Source: Candidatus Dormiibacterota bacterium (GTDB lineage: Bacteria > Chloroflexota > Dormibacteria > Aeolococcales > Aeolococcaceae). From it: a stretch of 64,000 bases of DNA. A program made the translations under genes and the position numbers. Where the stretch lies: contig DASZKZ010000032.1 in the NCBI GenBank assembly GCA_035552595.1, forward strand, positions 15,456 through 79,455. Reading direction: 5' to 3'. The number at the start of each line of letters is the position of its first letter. Position 1 is the stretch's first letter. The notes beneath the pieces are model-generated. The model was not told the DNA's origin. It saw only the letters and a program-made list of their open reading frames with translations, and ran no database searches. This document shows, piece after piece, positions 16,575 through 26,960 of this stretch.

Positions 16575-18115
16575 TCGGAGGCGAGCACGGCCTCGCGGTC
16601 GATCCGGGGGAAGAGGATCTCCCCCACCCTGATGGCGGCGCCCGCGACCAGCCGCGGCCAGGAGCCCAGCTCGCCGGTGAGGTCGCCGGACAGGTCCAGC
16701 CCCATCTCCTCCGCCACGCGCGCCGTGGCGCGCGGGATCACCGGATGGAGGAGCATGGTCGACACTCGAACCGCCTCGAGAAGCTCGGCGCACACCGTCC
16801 CGAGGCGCGCGTCGCCCTCGCGGTGGAGCACCCAGGGGGCCGTCTCCTCGATGTACTTGTTGGCCCTGCCGACCAGCTGACGGGCCGCTGCCAGCCCCTC
16901 GCTGAACTCGAGCCGGTCGAGGGCGGCGTCGTAGACAGGGACGATGCGCGCCGCGGTCTCGCGCAGCTCGTCGTCGATGGGCAGGCGCGCGGCCATCTCG
17001 GGCACCACCCCACCGAAGTAGCGCTGCACCATCTTGGTGGTTCGCGACACCAGGTTGCCGTAGTCGTTGGCGAGGTCGGCGTTGTAGCGGTCGACGAGGT
17101 TGGCGATCGAGAAATCGCCGTCACGGTCGAACGGGATCTCGCTGAGCAGCACCCAGCGCACCGCGTCGCTGCCGAACTGGTCGACCAGCTGCATGGGCTC
17201 GACGAAGATGCCGCGGCTCTTGCTCATCTTCTCGCCCGCGAGGGTGATGAAGCCATGGGCGTGCACCGTGCGGGGCAGGGGCAGGTCCGCCGCCATGAGG
17301 ATGGCCGGCCAGGTGATGGCGTGGAACCGCGTGATGTCCTTGCCGATGACGTGGACGTCGGCCGGCCAGAAGCGCGCGAACTCCTCTCCGTCGGGGTACC
17401 CGACCCCTGTCATGTACGCCGGGAGCGCGTCCAGCCACACCCAGATCACCTGGGAGCTGTCCCCGGGAACCGGGATGCCCCATCGGGAGAATCCGCGCGA
17501 GATGCTGATGTCGGTGAGCCCGCCGCGGATCACGTTGAGCATCTCGTTGCGACGCGATGCCGGGACCAGGAACTCCGGACGGCGTTCGTAGAGATCGAGA
17601 AGAGGCTCCGCGAAGTCGCTGAGGCGGAAGAACCAGTTCTGCTCCTCCACCCACTCCACCGGGCTGCCGTGCACCGGACACATCCCGGCGACGATCTCCT
17701 TGTCGGTGTAGAACTGCTCGCACGATGGGCAGAACCAGGCGCGATACCAATCCTTGTAGATCTGCCCGGCGTCGGCGAGCGCTCCCCACAGCGTCTCGGC
17801 AGTCCGGCGATTGGCGTCGCTGCTGGTGCGCACAAAGGCGGTGGGCTGCACGTCGAACGCCCGCATCATGGCGGTGAATGCCGCCACCTGGCGGGTGGTG
17901 AAATCTGCGGGCTCCTCTCCGCGGGCGCGGGCGGCGCGCTCGACGGACTGGCTGTGCTCATCGCTGCCGACCGTGAAGCGGACGTCGGCGCCGCGCAGCC
18001 GGCGGTGGCGGGCGAGCACGTCGCAGCCGATCTTCTCGTACGCGTGACCGAGGTGCGGATCGCCGTTGACGTAATCGATTGCCGCGGTCACGTAGAAGTG
18101 CTCAGGTCGGCTCAC
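16571..18115 (-). CDS. metG: Methionine--tRNA ligase (short form, no C-terminal tRNA-binding domain)
   Basis: FYVTAAIDYVNGDPHLGHAY, DEHSQ, CPSCE/CPVH knuckle, GKDITRFH, KMSKS. Confidence 0.96.
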   Translation of the reverse strand: MSRPEHFYVTAAIDYVNGDPHLGHAYEKIGCDVLARHRRLRGADVRFTVGSDEHSQSVERAARARGEEPADFTTRQVAAFTAMMRAFDVQPTAFVRTSSDANRRTAETLWGALADAGQIYKDWYRAWFCPSCEQFYTDKEIVAGMCPVHGSPVEWVEEQNWFFRLSDFAEPLLDLYERRPEFLVPASRRNEMLNVIRGGLTDISISRGFSRWGIPVPGDSSQVIWVWLDALPAYMTGVGYPDGEEFARFWPADVHVIGKDITRFHAITWPAILMAADLPLPRTVHAHGFITLAGEKMSKSRGIFVEPMQLVDQFGSDAVRWVLLSEIPFDRDGDFSIANLVDRYNADLANDYGNLVSRTTKMVQRYFGGVVPEMAARLPIDDELRETAARIVPVYDAALDRLEFSEGLAAARQLVGRANKYIEETAPWVLHREGDARLGTVCAELLEAVRVSTMLLHPVIPRATARVAEEMGLDLSGDLTGELGSWPRLVAGAAIRVGEILFPRIDREAVLASE

Positions 18116-18117
18116 GT

Positions 18118-18801
18118 TCAGCTGGCTCCGATGAGAACTGTGCACTCGCCCCGTGGCGGATGCGCGGCGAAGGACTCCGCCAGCGATGCCGCGGTGCCGG
18201 TGTGGAAGGTCTCGTGGACTTTAGTCAATTCGCGGGCAACCACCACCGGTCGCTCGCCGCAGCTGGGGGCGATCAGGGTCAGGGTCCGGGCCAGGCGCAC
18301 CGGGGATTCGAAGAACGCCACGGTGGCATCGCTGAGCAGTCCCGTCTCCACGGAGCGGCGCAGCTTGCCGGGGCTTCGCGGCAGAAAACCCAGGAAGCAC
18401 ACCCTGTCCCCGCGCAGTCCGCTCGCCGCCAGAGCAGCGGTGAGCGCGGAGGGGCCGGGGACGGGCACCACGCCGATTCCGGCCTGGCGGGCGGCCCGCA
18501 CCAGCATGGCGCCAGGGTCACTGACCACCGGCGTGCCGGCATCGGTGCAGAGCGCCAGCGTCTCCCCCGCCAGGAGCCGGTCGACGAGGGCAGGCACACG
18601 ACGCGTCTCGGCATGCGCCGGCAGCGAGAGCAGTTCCCGGGCGAGGCCGTGCGCGGTGAGCAGCCGGCGGGTGCGCCGGGTGTCCTCCGCCACCACCGCG
18701 TCGCACTCGCGCAGCACGCGCAGCGCCCGCAGCGTGATGTCCTCGAGGTTGCCGATGGGCGTGGCCACGACGTGGAGGACTCCCGTCCGCCCGGTGCTCA
18801 A
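18118..18801 (-). CDS. rsmI: 16S rRNA (C1402-2'-O)-methyltransferase RsmI
   Basis: [49 protein letters not shown]. Confidence 0.95.
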   Translation of the reverse strand: MSTGRTGVLHVVATPIGNLEDITLRALRVLRECDAVVAEDTRRTRRLLTAHGLARELLSLPAHAETRRVPALVDRLLAGETLALCTDAGTPVVSDPGAMLVRAARQAGIGVVPVPGPSALTAALAASGLRGDRVCFLGFLPRSPGKLRRSVETGLLSDATVAFFESPVRLARTLTLIAPSCGERPVVVARELTKVHETFHTGTAASLAESFAAHPPRGECTVLIGAS

Positions 18802-19664
18802 GTACCCCAGTCCCGGGGGTAGCGGAACTCGCGATCGACGGTGCGCGCCGAGAGCTTGGCGATGATCGGCGGACGGCGCTTGTACTGGCTGCCACGCATG
18901 CGCATGCCCACATCGTCGATGAACGCGTCAGCGAATCCCAGAGCACGCAGCTCGGCGCGCGTCCGCCGCTCGTCGACCATGTGATGGAGGAGGGAATCGA
19001 CGCTGGCGTACCCGAAGCCGAGCTCCTGCTCGTCGGACTGGCCCTCCCAGAGGTCGGCGCTGGGAGCCTTGCTGATCACCGAGCCGGGAAGGTCGATGCT
19101 CTGCGCCAAGGCGAACACCTGGGTCTTGTAGAGGTCACCGAGCGGGTTGAGGGCGCTGGCCATGTCGCCGAACAGGGTGCCGTAGCCGAGCAGCAGCTCC
19201 GTCTTGTTGGTGGTTCCGATCACCAGGGCGTGATGGGCCCAGGACAGGTCATAGAGGACGGTCATGCGCTCCCGCGCCATCTTGTTGCCGCGCCGGCCTC
19301 GGTCCGCCTCCGGGAAACGCTCGAAGTAGGCGTCGACCTGGGTGGAGATGTCGACCACGGTGGGTCTCATCCCCAGGTGCTGGCAGACCAGCCGCGCGTC
19401 GGCCTCCGAGGCGGACGACGAGGTGCGGTAGGGCATGAGGATGGGCAGCACGTTCTCCGCCCCCAGCGCCAGGCAGGCGATGGCGGCGCTCAGCGCTGAG
19501 TCGATGCCACCGGAGAGACCGATGACGACGCGCTCGAAGCCCACCTTGCGCACCTCGTTGCGCACGAAGCCCACCAGGATGTCGCGGACGACCGCGCTGT
19601 CAATCGCGAGCGCGTCGGGCTCGGAGGCGCTCGGTCTCGGCGTCACTGATGTCATGTCGTTCAT
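18798..19664 (-). CDS. nadE: NAD+ synthetase, synthetase domain only (start uncertain, 19646-19664)
   Basis: [27 protein letters not shown]...[28 protein letters not shown]. Confidence 0.93.
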   Translation of the reverse strand: MNDMTSVTPRPSASEPDALAIDSAVVRDILVGFVRNEVRKVGFERVVIGLSGGIDSALSAAIACLALGAENVLPILMPYRTSSSASEADARLVCQHLGMRPTVVDISTQVDAYFERFPEADRGRRGNKMARERMTVLYDLSWAHHALVIGTTNKTELLLGYGTLFGDMASALNPLGDLYKTQVFALAQSIDLPGSVISKAPSADLWEGQSDEQELGFGYASVDSLLHHMVDERRTRAELRALGFADAFIDDVGMRMRGSQYKRRPPIIAKLSARTVDREFRYPRDWGT

Positions 19665-20571
19665 CCCGAAGCAGTGGATTGGCGATGCGGGCGCGTCGCA
19701 CCGCCGCCAGGTCGATGCGGTGGAGGACGAGGCACTCGTCACTCCCGGCGGGGTCGCCGAGCAGGCGCCCGTCCGGTCCGACCGCCCGCGAGCCTCCCCA
19801 GAACCCCACCCCGTCCTCGAAGCCGACGCGGTTGCAGTAGAGAAGGTACGAGGTGAACAGCTGCGCGTAGGTACGGGTCATGGCGTCGTAGCTGCGCGCG
19901 GTGCCCAGCGCATGACCGCGGACCACCCCGCGACCCGGCGACGCCGACGGACAGACGAACAGCTCGATGCCCTGGCGGGCAAGCAGAGCGGCCGCCGTGG
20001 GATGCCACATGTCCTCGCAGATGAGCAGGCCCGCCTGCCACTCCCGGGGGGGATGGGCCGCAGCCAGAGGGGCCGCGAAGGTGCGGAAGCGATCCCCCTG
20101 GGCCAGGTAGCGGGCCTCGTCGAAGAGCCCGTAGGTGGGCAGGTAGACCTTGCGATGGATGTGGTGCAGGCGTCCGTTCGAGAGGTAGAGCGAGGCGTTG
20201 TGGAAGCGGGCGTCCTCGCTCTCCAGGACGCAGCCCGCGACCACGTCGATGCCCTGGCTGGCGTCGCTGAGCCGCTCCAGCTCGGGGGAGCGCTCGCGCA
20301 GGGCCACGTCCGGCACCAGGTCCTTGAGGAAGTAGCCCGTCAGCGACAGCTCCGGGAAGACGACCAGGGCGGCGCCGCCCTGCCGGGCCTGGTCGATGAG
20401 CTCGAGGTGGCGGTCGAGGTTGGCGGCGCCGTCCCCGAGCCGTGGCGCCATCTGGGCGAGCGCGACCACGATGTCGGTGTGCCCCCCCGCCGGCCTCACC
20501 GTGGTCGGCTGGGGCGCCGCGCTGGGTGGCGCGGCCGGATCAGGGGCCGGCGGCGCCTCGGTCAGGGTCAT
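19600..20571 (-). CDS. Nitrilase/carbon-nitrogen hydrolase, probable glutaminase partner of NadE
   Basis: E-K-C triad in [27 protein letters not shown] and LICEDMWH; overlaps nadE. Confidence 0.85.
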   Translation of the reverse strand: MTLTEAPPAPDPAAPPSAAPQPTTVRPAGGHTDIVVALAQMAPRLGDGAANLDRHLELIDQARQGGAALVVFPELSLTGYFLKDLVPDVALRERSPELERLSDASQGIDVVAGCVLESEDARFHNASLYLSNGRLHHIHRKVYLPTYGLFDEARYLAQGDRFRTFAAPLAAAHPPREWQAGLLICEDMWHPTAAALLARQGIELFVCPSASPGRGVVRGHALGTARSYDAMTRTYAQLFTSYLLYCNRVGFEDGVGFWGGSRAVGPDGRLLGDPAGSDECLVLHRIDLAAVRRARIANPLLRDERHDISDAETERLRARRARD

Positions 20572-23342
20572 GCGGGCTCCTCGTCCATCTGCTGATCCTG
20601 CACCGATTGTCGGCGCGACGGGCTCGTCCGTGTCGCTTCCGGAACGCGGTGGTGGAGCACGAAGCCGGCCACCGCCTCGCCGACGTCCTCCACCGCGACG
20701 GAGGCCAGCGCCGAGGGGGGCAGCGCGGCCAGGAACCGCTCGCCGTATTCGCGGGAGCGCAGGCGCTCGTCACAGAGCACCACCGCGCCCCGGTCGGTGC
20801 CGCGCCGGATCAGCCGCCCGAAGCCCTGGCGGAGGCGCAGCACAGCCTGGGGAAGGACGTACTGGCCGAAGGGGTCGCTGAGGGCGGCGGTGCGCGCGCG
20901 CACCAGGGGATCGGTGGGCACGGCGAAGGGGAGCTTGGCGATGACCACGCAGCGGAGCGCGTCACCGGGGACGTCGATCCCCTCCCAGAAGCTGCTGGTG
21001 CCGAGCAGGACGCTGCGACGGTTGGCCAGGAAGCTGGCCAGGATCTGGCGGCGCGTGCCGTCGAGGCCCTGGCCGAGCAGGGCGATCCCGGTCGCCTCCA
21101 TCCGCGAGCTCAGGAGCGCGTGGACGCGTCGCAGCGGGCCGTACCCGGTGAACAGCGCCAGGGTGCTGCCCCCGAGAAGCTCGGCGGCGTCGCCGATCAG
21201 CCTGGCCATGGCGCGATCGTGGTCGGGATCGTCGTAGGGGGGCACATCCGACGGCAGCACGCAGAGCGCCTGCTCGAGGAAGTCGTAGGGGGAGCTGAGC
21301 AGGAGCTCGTCCGCCCCCTCGAGGCCGAGCCGGCTGCGGGTGAAGTCGAAGTCTCCACCGACCGCCAGCGTCGCCGAGGTGGCGATCACGGTGTCGGGGC
21401 GGGCGAAGACCGAGTCACGCAGGGTCGCGGCCACAGCGATGGGCGCCTCGTGGAGCTCGCCCTGCTCGGCGCGCACCGCCAGCCAGGCGACGTGGTCGTC
21501 GGCCGGATGGAGGAGCACCCGCTCCACCGCCCCGGCCAGGTCCTCGAGGGCCGCCGCGGCCAGCAGCCGCTCCTGGTCGGCGCGCTCCGGCTGGGGGAGC
21601 AGGTCGAGCTGGAGGGAGCCGGCATGCTCGGTCTGGCGAAGTCGTGAGGCGGCGTGGCGCCAGCGCTCCAGGGCGAGCTCCGCGGAGCGGAGCAGCACGG
21701 CGTGCCCGCGTCCCCCTCGGATCTCGGGGGTGAGTCCCACGGTGGCGTTGCCTGAGTGGTCCGCGCCCAGGATCTCCCCGATCCGCCCCTTGACGTCGCC
21801 GAAGAGACGCACGGTGGCCTCCCGAGCTGCGCCGAGCGCGACCCCTAGCTCGCCCTCGGCGGGGCCGAGCCGGTCCAGGACCACGGTGACGTCGAAGGCG
21901 CGCAGGCTGATCCCGAACTGCTCGGTGGCCGCTGCCTCGAGGTGATGTGCCTCGTCGACCACGAGGGCGTCGTGCGGGCCGAGAGCCTGCCCACCGCTGC
22001 CGGCGTCGGCGAGGAGCAGAGCGTGGTTGGTGACCACGATCGACGCGGCCTCCGCGGTGCGCCGCGCCGCCACCATGAAGCAGCGGTTGTCCTGCCAGTT
22101 GGCGCAGGCGGCGCCGAGGCAGTCGCCACCGTCGGACTCGACGTGCCGCCAGAGCGTCTCGTCCGTCGAGGTGAGCCGCAGCTCCCCGCGGTCACCGCTC
22201 TCGGTGTCGGCCAGCCAGGCCAGCAGCTTGAGCTTGAACCGGATCCGATCGAGGTCAGCCCCGTGCGGGCCGATGTCCGGCGAGCGCAGGAACCGCTGCC
22301 AGCGCCGCAGGCTGAGCTGATGGTTGCGCCCCTTGAGGAGCGCCGCCGGGACCGGCCTGCCCAGGATGCTCTCGACCATGGGCAGGTCGCGTTCCATGAG
22401 CTGCTCCTGGAGGGTGACGGTGCGGGTGGCGACCACCGCGCGGCGACCGTTGCGAGCGTGCAGGGCCAGGGGCAGGAGGTAGGCGAGCGACTTGCCCACC
22501 CCGGTCCCCGCCTCGACGATGAGGCGGCGGCGTCGCTCCAGGGTCTGCGCGACCGCCCGGGTCATCTCCACCTGGGCCTCGCGCAGCTCGTACCCGTGAT
22601 CGGAGCGACCCAGCGGCCCCGCCGGCCCGAGCATCGCGGTGGCCGTGCCGACGAGGTCGGCGGGCGGGGGGCCGGTGGCCGGCGGCGGTGGCGGCGCCCC
22701 GGGCTGCGCGCCCGCCCACGCCCGGCGGCGGGGATCGCCGTCGCCGCGGACCACGCCCGCGAAGAAGAGGCCGAGCTCGGCGCCGGCCTCGGTGGCCACA
22801 CTCCGCATGGTGCTGAGCACGGTGGCCGGAAGTGCCTCGGCGGCATCGCGCAACCGCGAGAAGAGCAGGTGGGTCGCGGACGCGTCGCTGAGGGCGCGGT
22901 GGGGCCGGCGATGTTCGATGCCCAGCGCCGCGCTGAGCAGAGGCAGGCTGTGCGACTCCGCGGTGGGCAGCAGGATGCGAGCAAGCTCGAGCGTGTCGAG
23001 AACCCGGCGATGGGCGAAGGCGTCGGGGACCAGGCCGGCGCAGAAGGTGACGTCGAACCCGGCGCCGTGGGCGATCAGCTCGGCGCCCGCGCAGAAGTCG
23101 GCGAGCTGGGCGACGCCCTCCGCGGGAGCCGGCGCACCCACGATGTCGGCCGCGGTCAGCCCGCAGAGGCGCTGCACCGCCAGGGGAATGGGCACCCCCG
23201 GATCGACGACGATCTCCAGCTCGCCGATGCGCCGCATCTCGGTGTCGAGGCGGACCGCGCCGATCTCCAGGACCCGATCGGCCTTCGGCGACAGTCCCGT
23301 GGTCTCGAGGTCGAACGCCACGAATTCACGCGGAGCGGGCAC
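20568..23342 (-). CDS. dinG: DnaQ-like 3'-5' exonuclease fused to a DinG-family helicase
   Basis: AFDLETTG, AHGAGFD and HRALSDA exonuclease motifs; REAQ, AGTGVGKS, DEAHH, FWEGIDVPG and QGFGRLIR helicase motifs. Confidence 0.92.
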   Translation of the reverse strand: MPAPREFVAFDLETTGLSPKADRVLEIGAVRLDTEMRRIGELEIVVDPGVPIPLAVQRLCGLTAADIVGAPAPAEGVAQLADFCAGAELIAHGAGFDVTFCAGLVPDAFAHRRVLDTLELARILLPTAESHSLPLLSAALGIEHRRPHRALSDASATHLLFSRLRDAAEALPATVLSTMRSVATEAGAELGLFFAGVVRGDGDPRRRAWAGAQPGAPPPPPATGPPPADLVGTATAMLGPAGPLGRSDHGYELREAQVEMTRAVAQTLERRRRLIVEAGTGVGKSLAYLLPLALHARNGRRAVVATRTVTLQEQLMERDLPMVESILGRPVPAALLKGRNHQLSLRRWQRFLRSPDIGPHGADLDRIRFKLKLLAWLADTESGDRGELRLTSTDETLWRHVESDGGDCLGAACANWQDNRCFMVAARRTAEAASIVVTNHALLLADAGSGGQALGPHDALVVDEAHHLEAAATEQFGISLRAFDVTVVLDRLGPAEGELGVALGAAREATVRLFGDVKGRIGEILGADHSGNATVGLTPEIRGGRGHAVLLRSAELALERWRHAASRLRQTEHAGSLQLDLLPQPERADQERLLAAAALEDLAGAVERVLLHPADDHVAWLAVRAEQGELHEAPIAVAATLRDSVFARPDTVIATSATLAVGGDFDFTRSRLGLEGADELLLSSPYDFLEQALCVLPSDVPPYDDPDHDRAMARLIGDAAELLGGSTLALFTGYGPLRRVHALLSSRMEATGIALLGQGLDGTRRQILASFLANRRSVLLGTSSFWEGIDVPGDALRCVVIAKLPFAVPTDPLVRARTAALSDPFGQYVLPQAVLRLRQGFGRLIRRGTDRGAVVLCDERLRSREYGERFLAALPPSALASVAVEDVGEAVAGFVLHHRVPEATRTSPSRRQSVQDQQMDEEPA

Positions 23343-23399
23343 CGTCCGATTGTAGGGAGGGTCCGGCGCCGGGACGCCCCGCCCCCGGTGCCCGTTCGG

Positions 23400-24062
23400 C
23401 TACGCGGCTGGGGTGTTCGCCGCTGCGTCTCTGTCCGCGGCGGCGCGATGACGCGGTGGGAGCATCTCGGCGATGGCTGCCATGATGGTCGCGGCCACAG
23501 CGCGGTTGTCGCCGTGCGCCGTGGCACCGCCGGGGGGCAGGGTCACCGGCGGGCCGTAGTGGACGTGCACCGCCGCACGGTGGATCCGGGTGGTGCCTCG
23601 CGGCAGCACCCGCTCCGTGCCCCACACCGCCACCGGGATGACCGGAACGCCCCCATGGCGGGCGAGAAAACCGACACCTGCCTGGGGCTCGCGCAGCCGC
23701 GCGTCCGGCGAGCGGGACCCCTCGGGGTAGACGAGCACGATGTGGCCGGCGTGGAGCAGCTCGAGCGTGTGGCGCAGCGCGGCCCTGTCGGCGCTGCCCC
23801 GCACCACCGGGAAGGCGTGGAAGCCGCGGAAGAGCCAGCGCACCCAGGTCCGCGAGAAGGGCTCGCTCTTGGCGAGGTAGTACACGTCAAGGCGCGGCAC
23901 CAGCGCCCCGGTCAGCGGTGGGTCGATGGCGCCGACATGATTGCCCACCAGCAGGGCGCCGCCACGGCGGGGGACCTGGTCGAGGCCGTCCACGTGGACG
24001 AGGTCGCCGAGGATCGAGGCCACGAGCAGGCGCATGATGCCGCGGAGCAACCAGTACATCAC
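23400..24062 (-). CDS. plsC: 1-acyl-sn-glycerol-3-phosphate acyltransferase
   Basis: NHVGAID (HxxxxD), LAKSEPF, YPEGSRS, VIPVAV. Confidence 0.88.
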   Translation of the reverse strand: MMYWLLRGIMRLLVASILGDLVHVDGLDQVPRRGGALLVGNHVGAIDPPLTGALVPRLDVYYLAKSEPFSRTWVRWLFRGFHAFPVVRGSADRAALRHTLELLHAGHIVLVYPEGSRSPDARLREPQAGVGFLARHGGVPVIPVAVWGTERVLPRGTTRIHRAAVHVHYGPPVTLPPGGATAHGDNRAVAATIMAAIAEMLPPRHRAAADRDAAANTPAA

Positions 24063-24754
24063 TCCCTCGATGGTGGGGCGAAGCCGGCGTCGCGACAGAT
24101 GCGCAGCGCGTGCGCGACCATGGCGGCGACGTCCATCGCTGCGGTGTCGATGAGGTGGGCGTCCTCCGCCGGCCGCAGCGGGGACTCGGTGCGGTCGGTG
24201 TCGGCGCGGTCTCGATCGCCGACCTCGGCGCGCAGCATGCGGTCATCGGCGAGCGAGCCTCCGGCACGCAGCTGATCCAGGCGTCGCTGCTGCCGCACGG
24301 ACTCGGGTGCCTGGAGGTAGAACTTGACCGCAGCGTGGGGAAAGACCACCGTGCCGCAGTCGCGGCCCACCGCCACCGCCCCGTCGACGGCGAGCGCTCG
24401 CTGGGGATCGAGGACGGCGGCGCGCACCGCGGAGTTGCTGGAGATGGCCGCCAGCAGCGGCGCATGCCGAGGATCGCGCAGCATCGCCCCGGCGGGGACG
24501 CCGTCGACGGCGACACCGCCGTCGTGCGAGTCCGGATCGGTGGGCACGTCGATCACGGTCGCCTGGGCGAGGCGCGCGAGAGCGTCGGCGTCGCGGCCAT
24601 CGACCCCCGCCCGCACCGCGGCGACCATCATGCCGCGGTAGAAGAGCCCGGTGTCGATGAGGGGGAGCGCGAACTCCAGCGCCAGCGCTCGCCCCAACGT
24701 CGACTTGCCGCTGCCGGCGGTGCCATCGACGGTGACGATGCGGCGCCCGCTCAT
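24059..24754 (-). CDS. cmk: (d)CMP kinase
   Basis: VDGTAGSGKST, DTGLFYR, GRDCGTVVFP, DRDRAD. Confidence 0.93.
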   Translation of the reverse strand: MSGRRIVTVDGTAGSGKSTLGRALALEFALPLIDTGLFYRGMMVAAVRAGVDGRDADALARLAQATVIDVPTDPDSHDGGVAVDGVPAGAMLRDPRHAPLLAAISSNSAVRAAVLDPQRALAVDGAVAVGRDCGTVVFPHAAVKFYLQAPESVRQQRRLDQLRAGGSLADDRMLRAEVGDRDRADTDRTESPLRPAEDAHLIDTAAMDVAAMVAHALRICRDAGFAPPSRE

Positions 24755-25497
24755 GGCGCGCCGCCGAGGGCGGGGCGCACCGCCGCGTGCAGGCTCTCCA
24801 CCTCGGAAGCGTCGAGGCTGCGACTGGCGCCCTCGGCGAGGTCGCCGAGCGTGATCGGTCCGACCTCGGTGCGGCAGAGATCGACCACGCCGCTCCCCAC
24901 CGCGGCGAAGAGCCGGCGCACCAGGCGCTTGCGCCCCTCACCCATGACCACGTCGACGGCAGCGCGGCCGACGCGACGCACCTCGAGGGCCCTGGCGGGC
25001 CCGTCGTCGAGGAGCACGCCGCCGAGCATCTCGGTGACCTGGCTGTCGGACAGGGGCGCGGTGGGGATGACTCGATAGGTCTTGTGAACGCCGTGCCGGG
25101 GATGGGCGATGCGATGGGCGAGCTCACCGTCGGTGCTGAGCAGCAGCAGTCCACGGCTGTCCGCGTCGAGCCGGCCGATGGGCACCAGACCGGGGAGCGG
25201 CGTCACCAGGTCGCGCACCGTGGGGCGGCCACGCGGATCCCGCATGGTGGTGACCACACCGACCGGCTTGTTGAGGGCCACGGTCACAGCGGTGGGCAGC
25301 CGAGCGCTGATCGGCCCCCCGTCCACCTCCACCGAATCACTCCCGCTGTCCACCCTGTCGCCGAGCCGGGCGGTCCTCCCGTTGAGGCGCACCCGTCCGG
25401 TGGAGATGAGCTCGTCGGCGGTGCGACGTGAGGCCACGCCGCGGCGGGCGAGGAATCGATTGAGCCGCTCACCGCCCCCGTCGACGGCGGAGCTCAC
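24751..25497 (-). CDS. rluB: RsuA/RluB-family pseudouridine synthase
   Basis: ERLNRFLARRGVASRR S4 domain, NKPVGV, GRLDADSRGLLLLS, EGRKRLVRR; follows scpB. Confidence 0.85.
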   Translation of the reverse strand: MSSAVDGGGERLNRFLARRGVASRRTADELISTGRVRLNGRTARLGDRVDSGSDSVEVDGGPISARLPTAVTVALNKPVGVVTTMRDPRGRPTVRDLVTPLPGLVPIGRLDADSRGLLLLSTDGELAHRIAHPRHGVHKTYRVIPTAPLSDSQVTEMLGGVLLDDGPARALEVRRVGRAAVDVVMGEGRKRLVRRLFAAVGSGVVDLCRTEVGPITLGDLAEGASRSLDASEVESLHAAVRPALGGAP

Positions 25498-26165
25498 CCC
25501 GAGTCCGCCGCAGCCGGTGCCGCTCCCCCGGTGCTTCTGAGGGCGTCGACCGCGGCCGCCTCGCCGAGCGGGGGCAGGTCGTCGATGCGCTCCAGGCCGA
25601 CGATCTGCAGGAACCGCAGCGTGGTCCCGAACAGGCGGGGACGGCCGGGTGTGTCCTGACGGTCCACCTCGGCGATCAGCCCTCGGCGTTCCAGGCTGTC
25701 GAGCACCGCCTCGCAGTTGACCCCGCGGATCGACTCGATGCCGGCGCGCGTCAATGGCTGGCGGTAGGCCACGATGGCCAGGGTCTCAAGGGCGGGGCGG
25801 CTCAGCCGGGTGGGGCGCTCGGGCTGCAGAGCGCGATGCACCGCCCACGCCGTCTGCGGGCGGGTCACCAGCTGGAGCTCGTCGCCGTGGCGCTGGAGCA
25901 TGAGGCCGCGGCTGCGGAGCTGGCCGGCCAGTGCATCGGCGGCGGACGACACCGCGGTCGCGGAGCGGCCCAGGATGGCGGCGACCTCGGAGAGGGTGAC
26001 CGGTCGGTTCAGCGAGAAGCAGACCGCCTCGAGCGCGGTGGCCAGATCCTCGGGCTCGGCACCGGCGATCCCCTCGGGGACGACCGCGCGCCCGAAGACA
26101 TCGAGAGCGAGCTCGAGGATTTCATCCTCCTCCTCGGTCTGGCCGTCGAGCTCCGGCTCAGCCAC
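25494..26165 (-). CDS. scpB: SMC-Scp complex subunit ScpB
   Basis: LSRPALETLAIVAYRQPLTRAGIESIRGV, GRPRLFGTT. Confidence 0.93.
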   Translation of the reverse strand: MAEPELDGQTEEEDEILELALDVFGRAVVPEGIAGAEPEDLATALEAVCFSLNRPVTLSEVAAILGRSATAVSSAADALAGQLRSRGLMLQRHGDELQLVTRPQTAWAVHRALQPERPTRLSRPALETLAIVAYRQPLTRAGIESIRGVNCEAVLDSLERRGLIAEVDRQDTPGRPRLFGTTLRFLQIVGLERIDDLPPLGEAAAVDALRSTGGAAPAAADSG

Positions 26166-26922
26166 TGGCGCGCACCGAGATCGGTCCGTAGGGCTCGTCC
26201 TGTTCCACGATGGCCTCGCCACGGCGCAGCAGCTCGAGGAGGGCCAGGAAGCACGCGACCGCCTCGAGCCGGGTCGCCACCGCCGCGAAGAGCTCCTCGA
26301 AGGCCAGGCCGCCTCCCTGGAGACGCCGGCGCAGCTCCTCGATCTTCTCCTCCACCGAGAACGTGACCGCCTCGAGCGGCAGAGGCTCCGCCTCGCTGAG
26401 CCGGGTCAGGACGTCGCGGAACGCCGCCGCCAGGCGCTCGGGGGCGATCCTCAGCCGCTCCACGGGGATCACGTCGGGCGCCACCAGGCCGAGGAAGCTG
26501 CGCGCCCCCTCCTCCGCCGCCTCGGCGAGCAGCGCGTCCGCGGCCGCCTTGAAGAGCCGGTATTCGGTGAGGCGGCGTCCGGCATCGTCGACCTCGCTCT
26601 CGTCGGAGTCCTCGAGCCCGGCGGTCTCCACGGGGTTGAGACGCGCCGCCTTGAGCGCCACCAACCGGGCCGCCAGGGAGAGGAAATCCGCCATCTCCTG
26701 GAGGTCCACCTGGTCACCCGAGGCGTCGACCCGGGCTCGAAAGGCGCCGGTGATCTCGGCCACGGCGATGCTGTCGAGGTCCACCTCCCCGCGCTGGGCC
26801 CTGACCACCAGCTGCTCGAGGCCGCCGCTGAAACCCTCGACGTCGACGGGAAAGCGCACCCCGGGGTCGTCGGACCCCACGTCGGTCGCCTGGGACTGTG
26901 CCCCGCCTCGCTCCTCGGTCAT
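26158..26922 (-). CDS. scpA: Segregation and condensation protein ScpA (kleisin)
   Basis: FSGGLEQL...LDSIAVAEIT, LAARLVALKA, VACFLALLEL, QDEPYGPI. Confidence 0.88.
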   Translation of the reverse strand: MTEERGGAQSQATDVGSDDPGVRFPVDVEGFSGGLEQLVVRAQRGEVDLDSIAVAEITGAFRARVDASGDQVDLQEMADFLSLAARLVALKAARLNPVETAGLEDSDESEVDDAGRRLTEYRLFKAAADALLAEAAEEGARSFLGLVAPDVIPVERLRIAPERLAAAFRDVLTRLSEAEPLPLEAVTFSVEEKIEELRRRLQGGGLAFEELFAAVATRLEAVACFLALLELLRRGEAIVEQDEPYGPISVRASG

Positions 26923-26960
26923 CTGCCCCGCATGGTAGGCATCCGAGCGCGGTCGATCCA

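Noticed and set aside
19600-19742. Frameshift fusing the nitrilase and nadE into one Gln-dependent enzyme
   Set aside because: Both frames are open across the overlap, but there is no slippery site, and the nitrilase ends in a complete-looking PLLRDE... terminal helix. A natural split is simpler.
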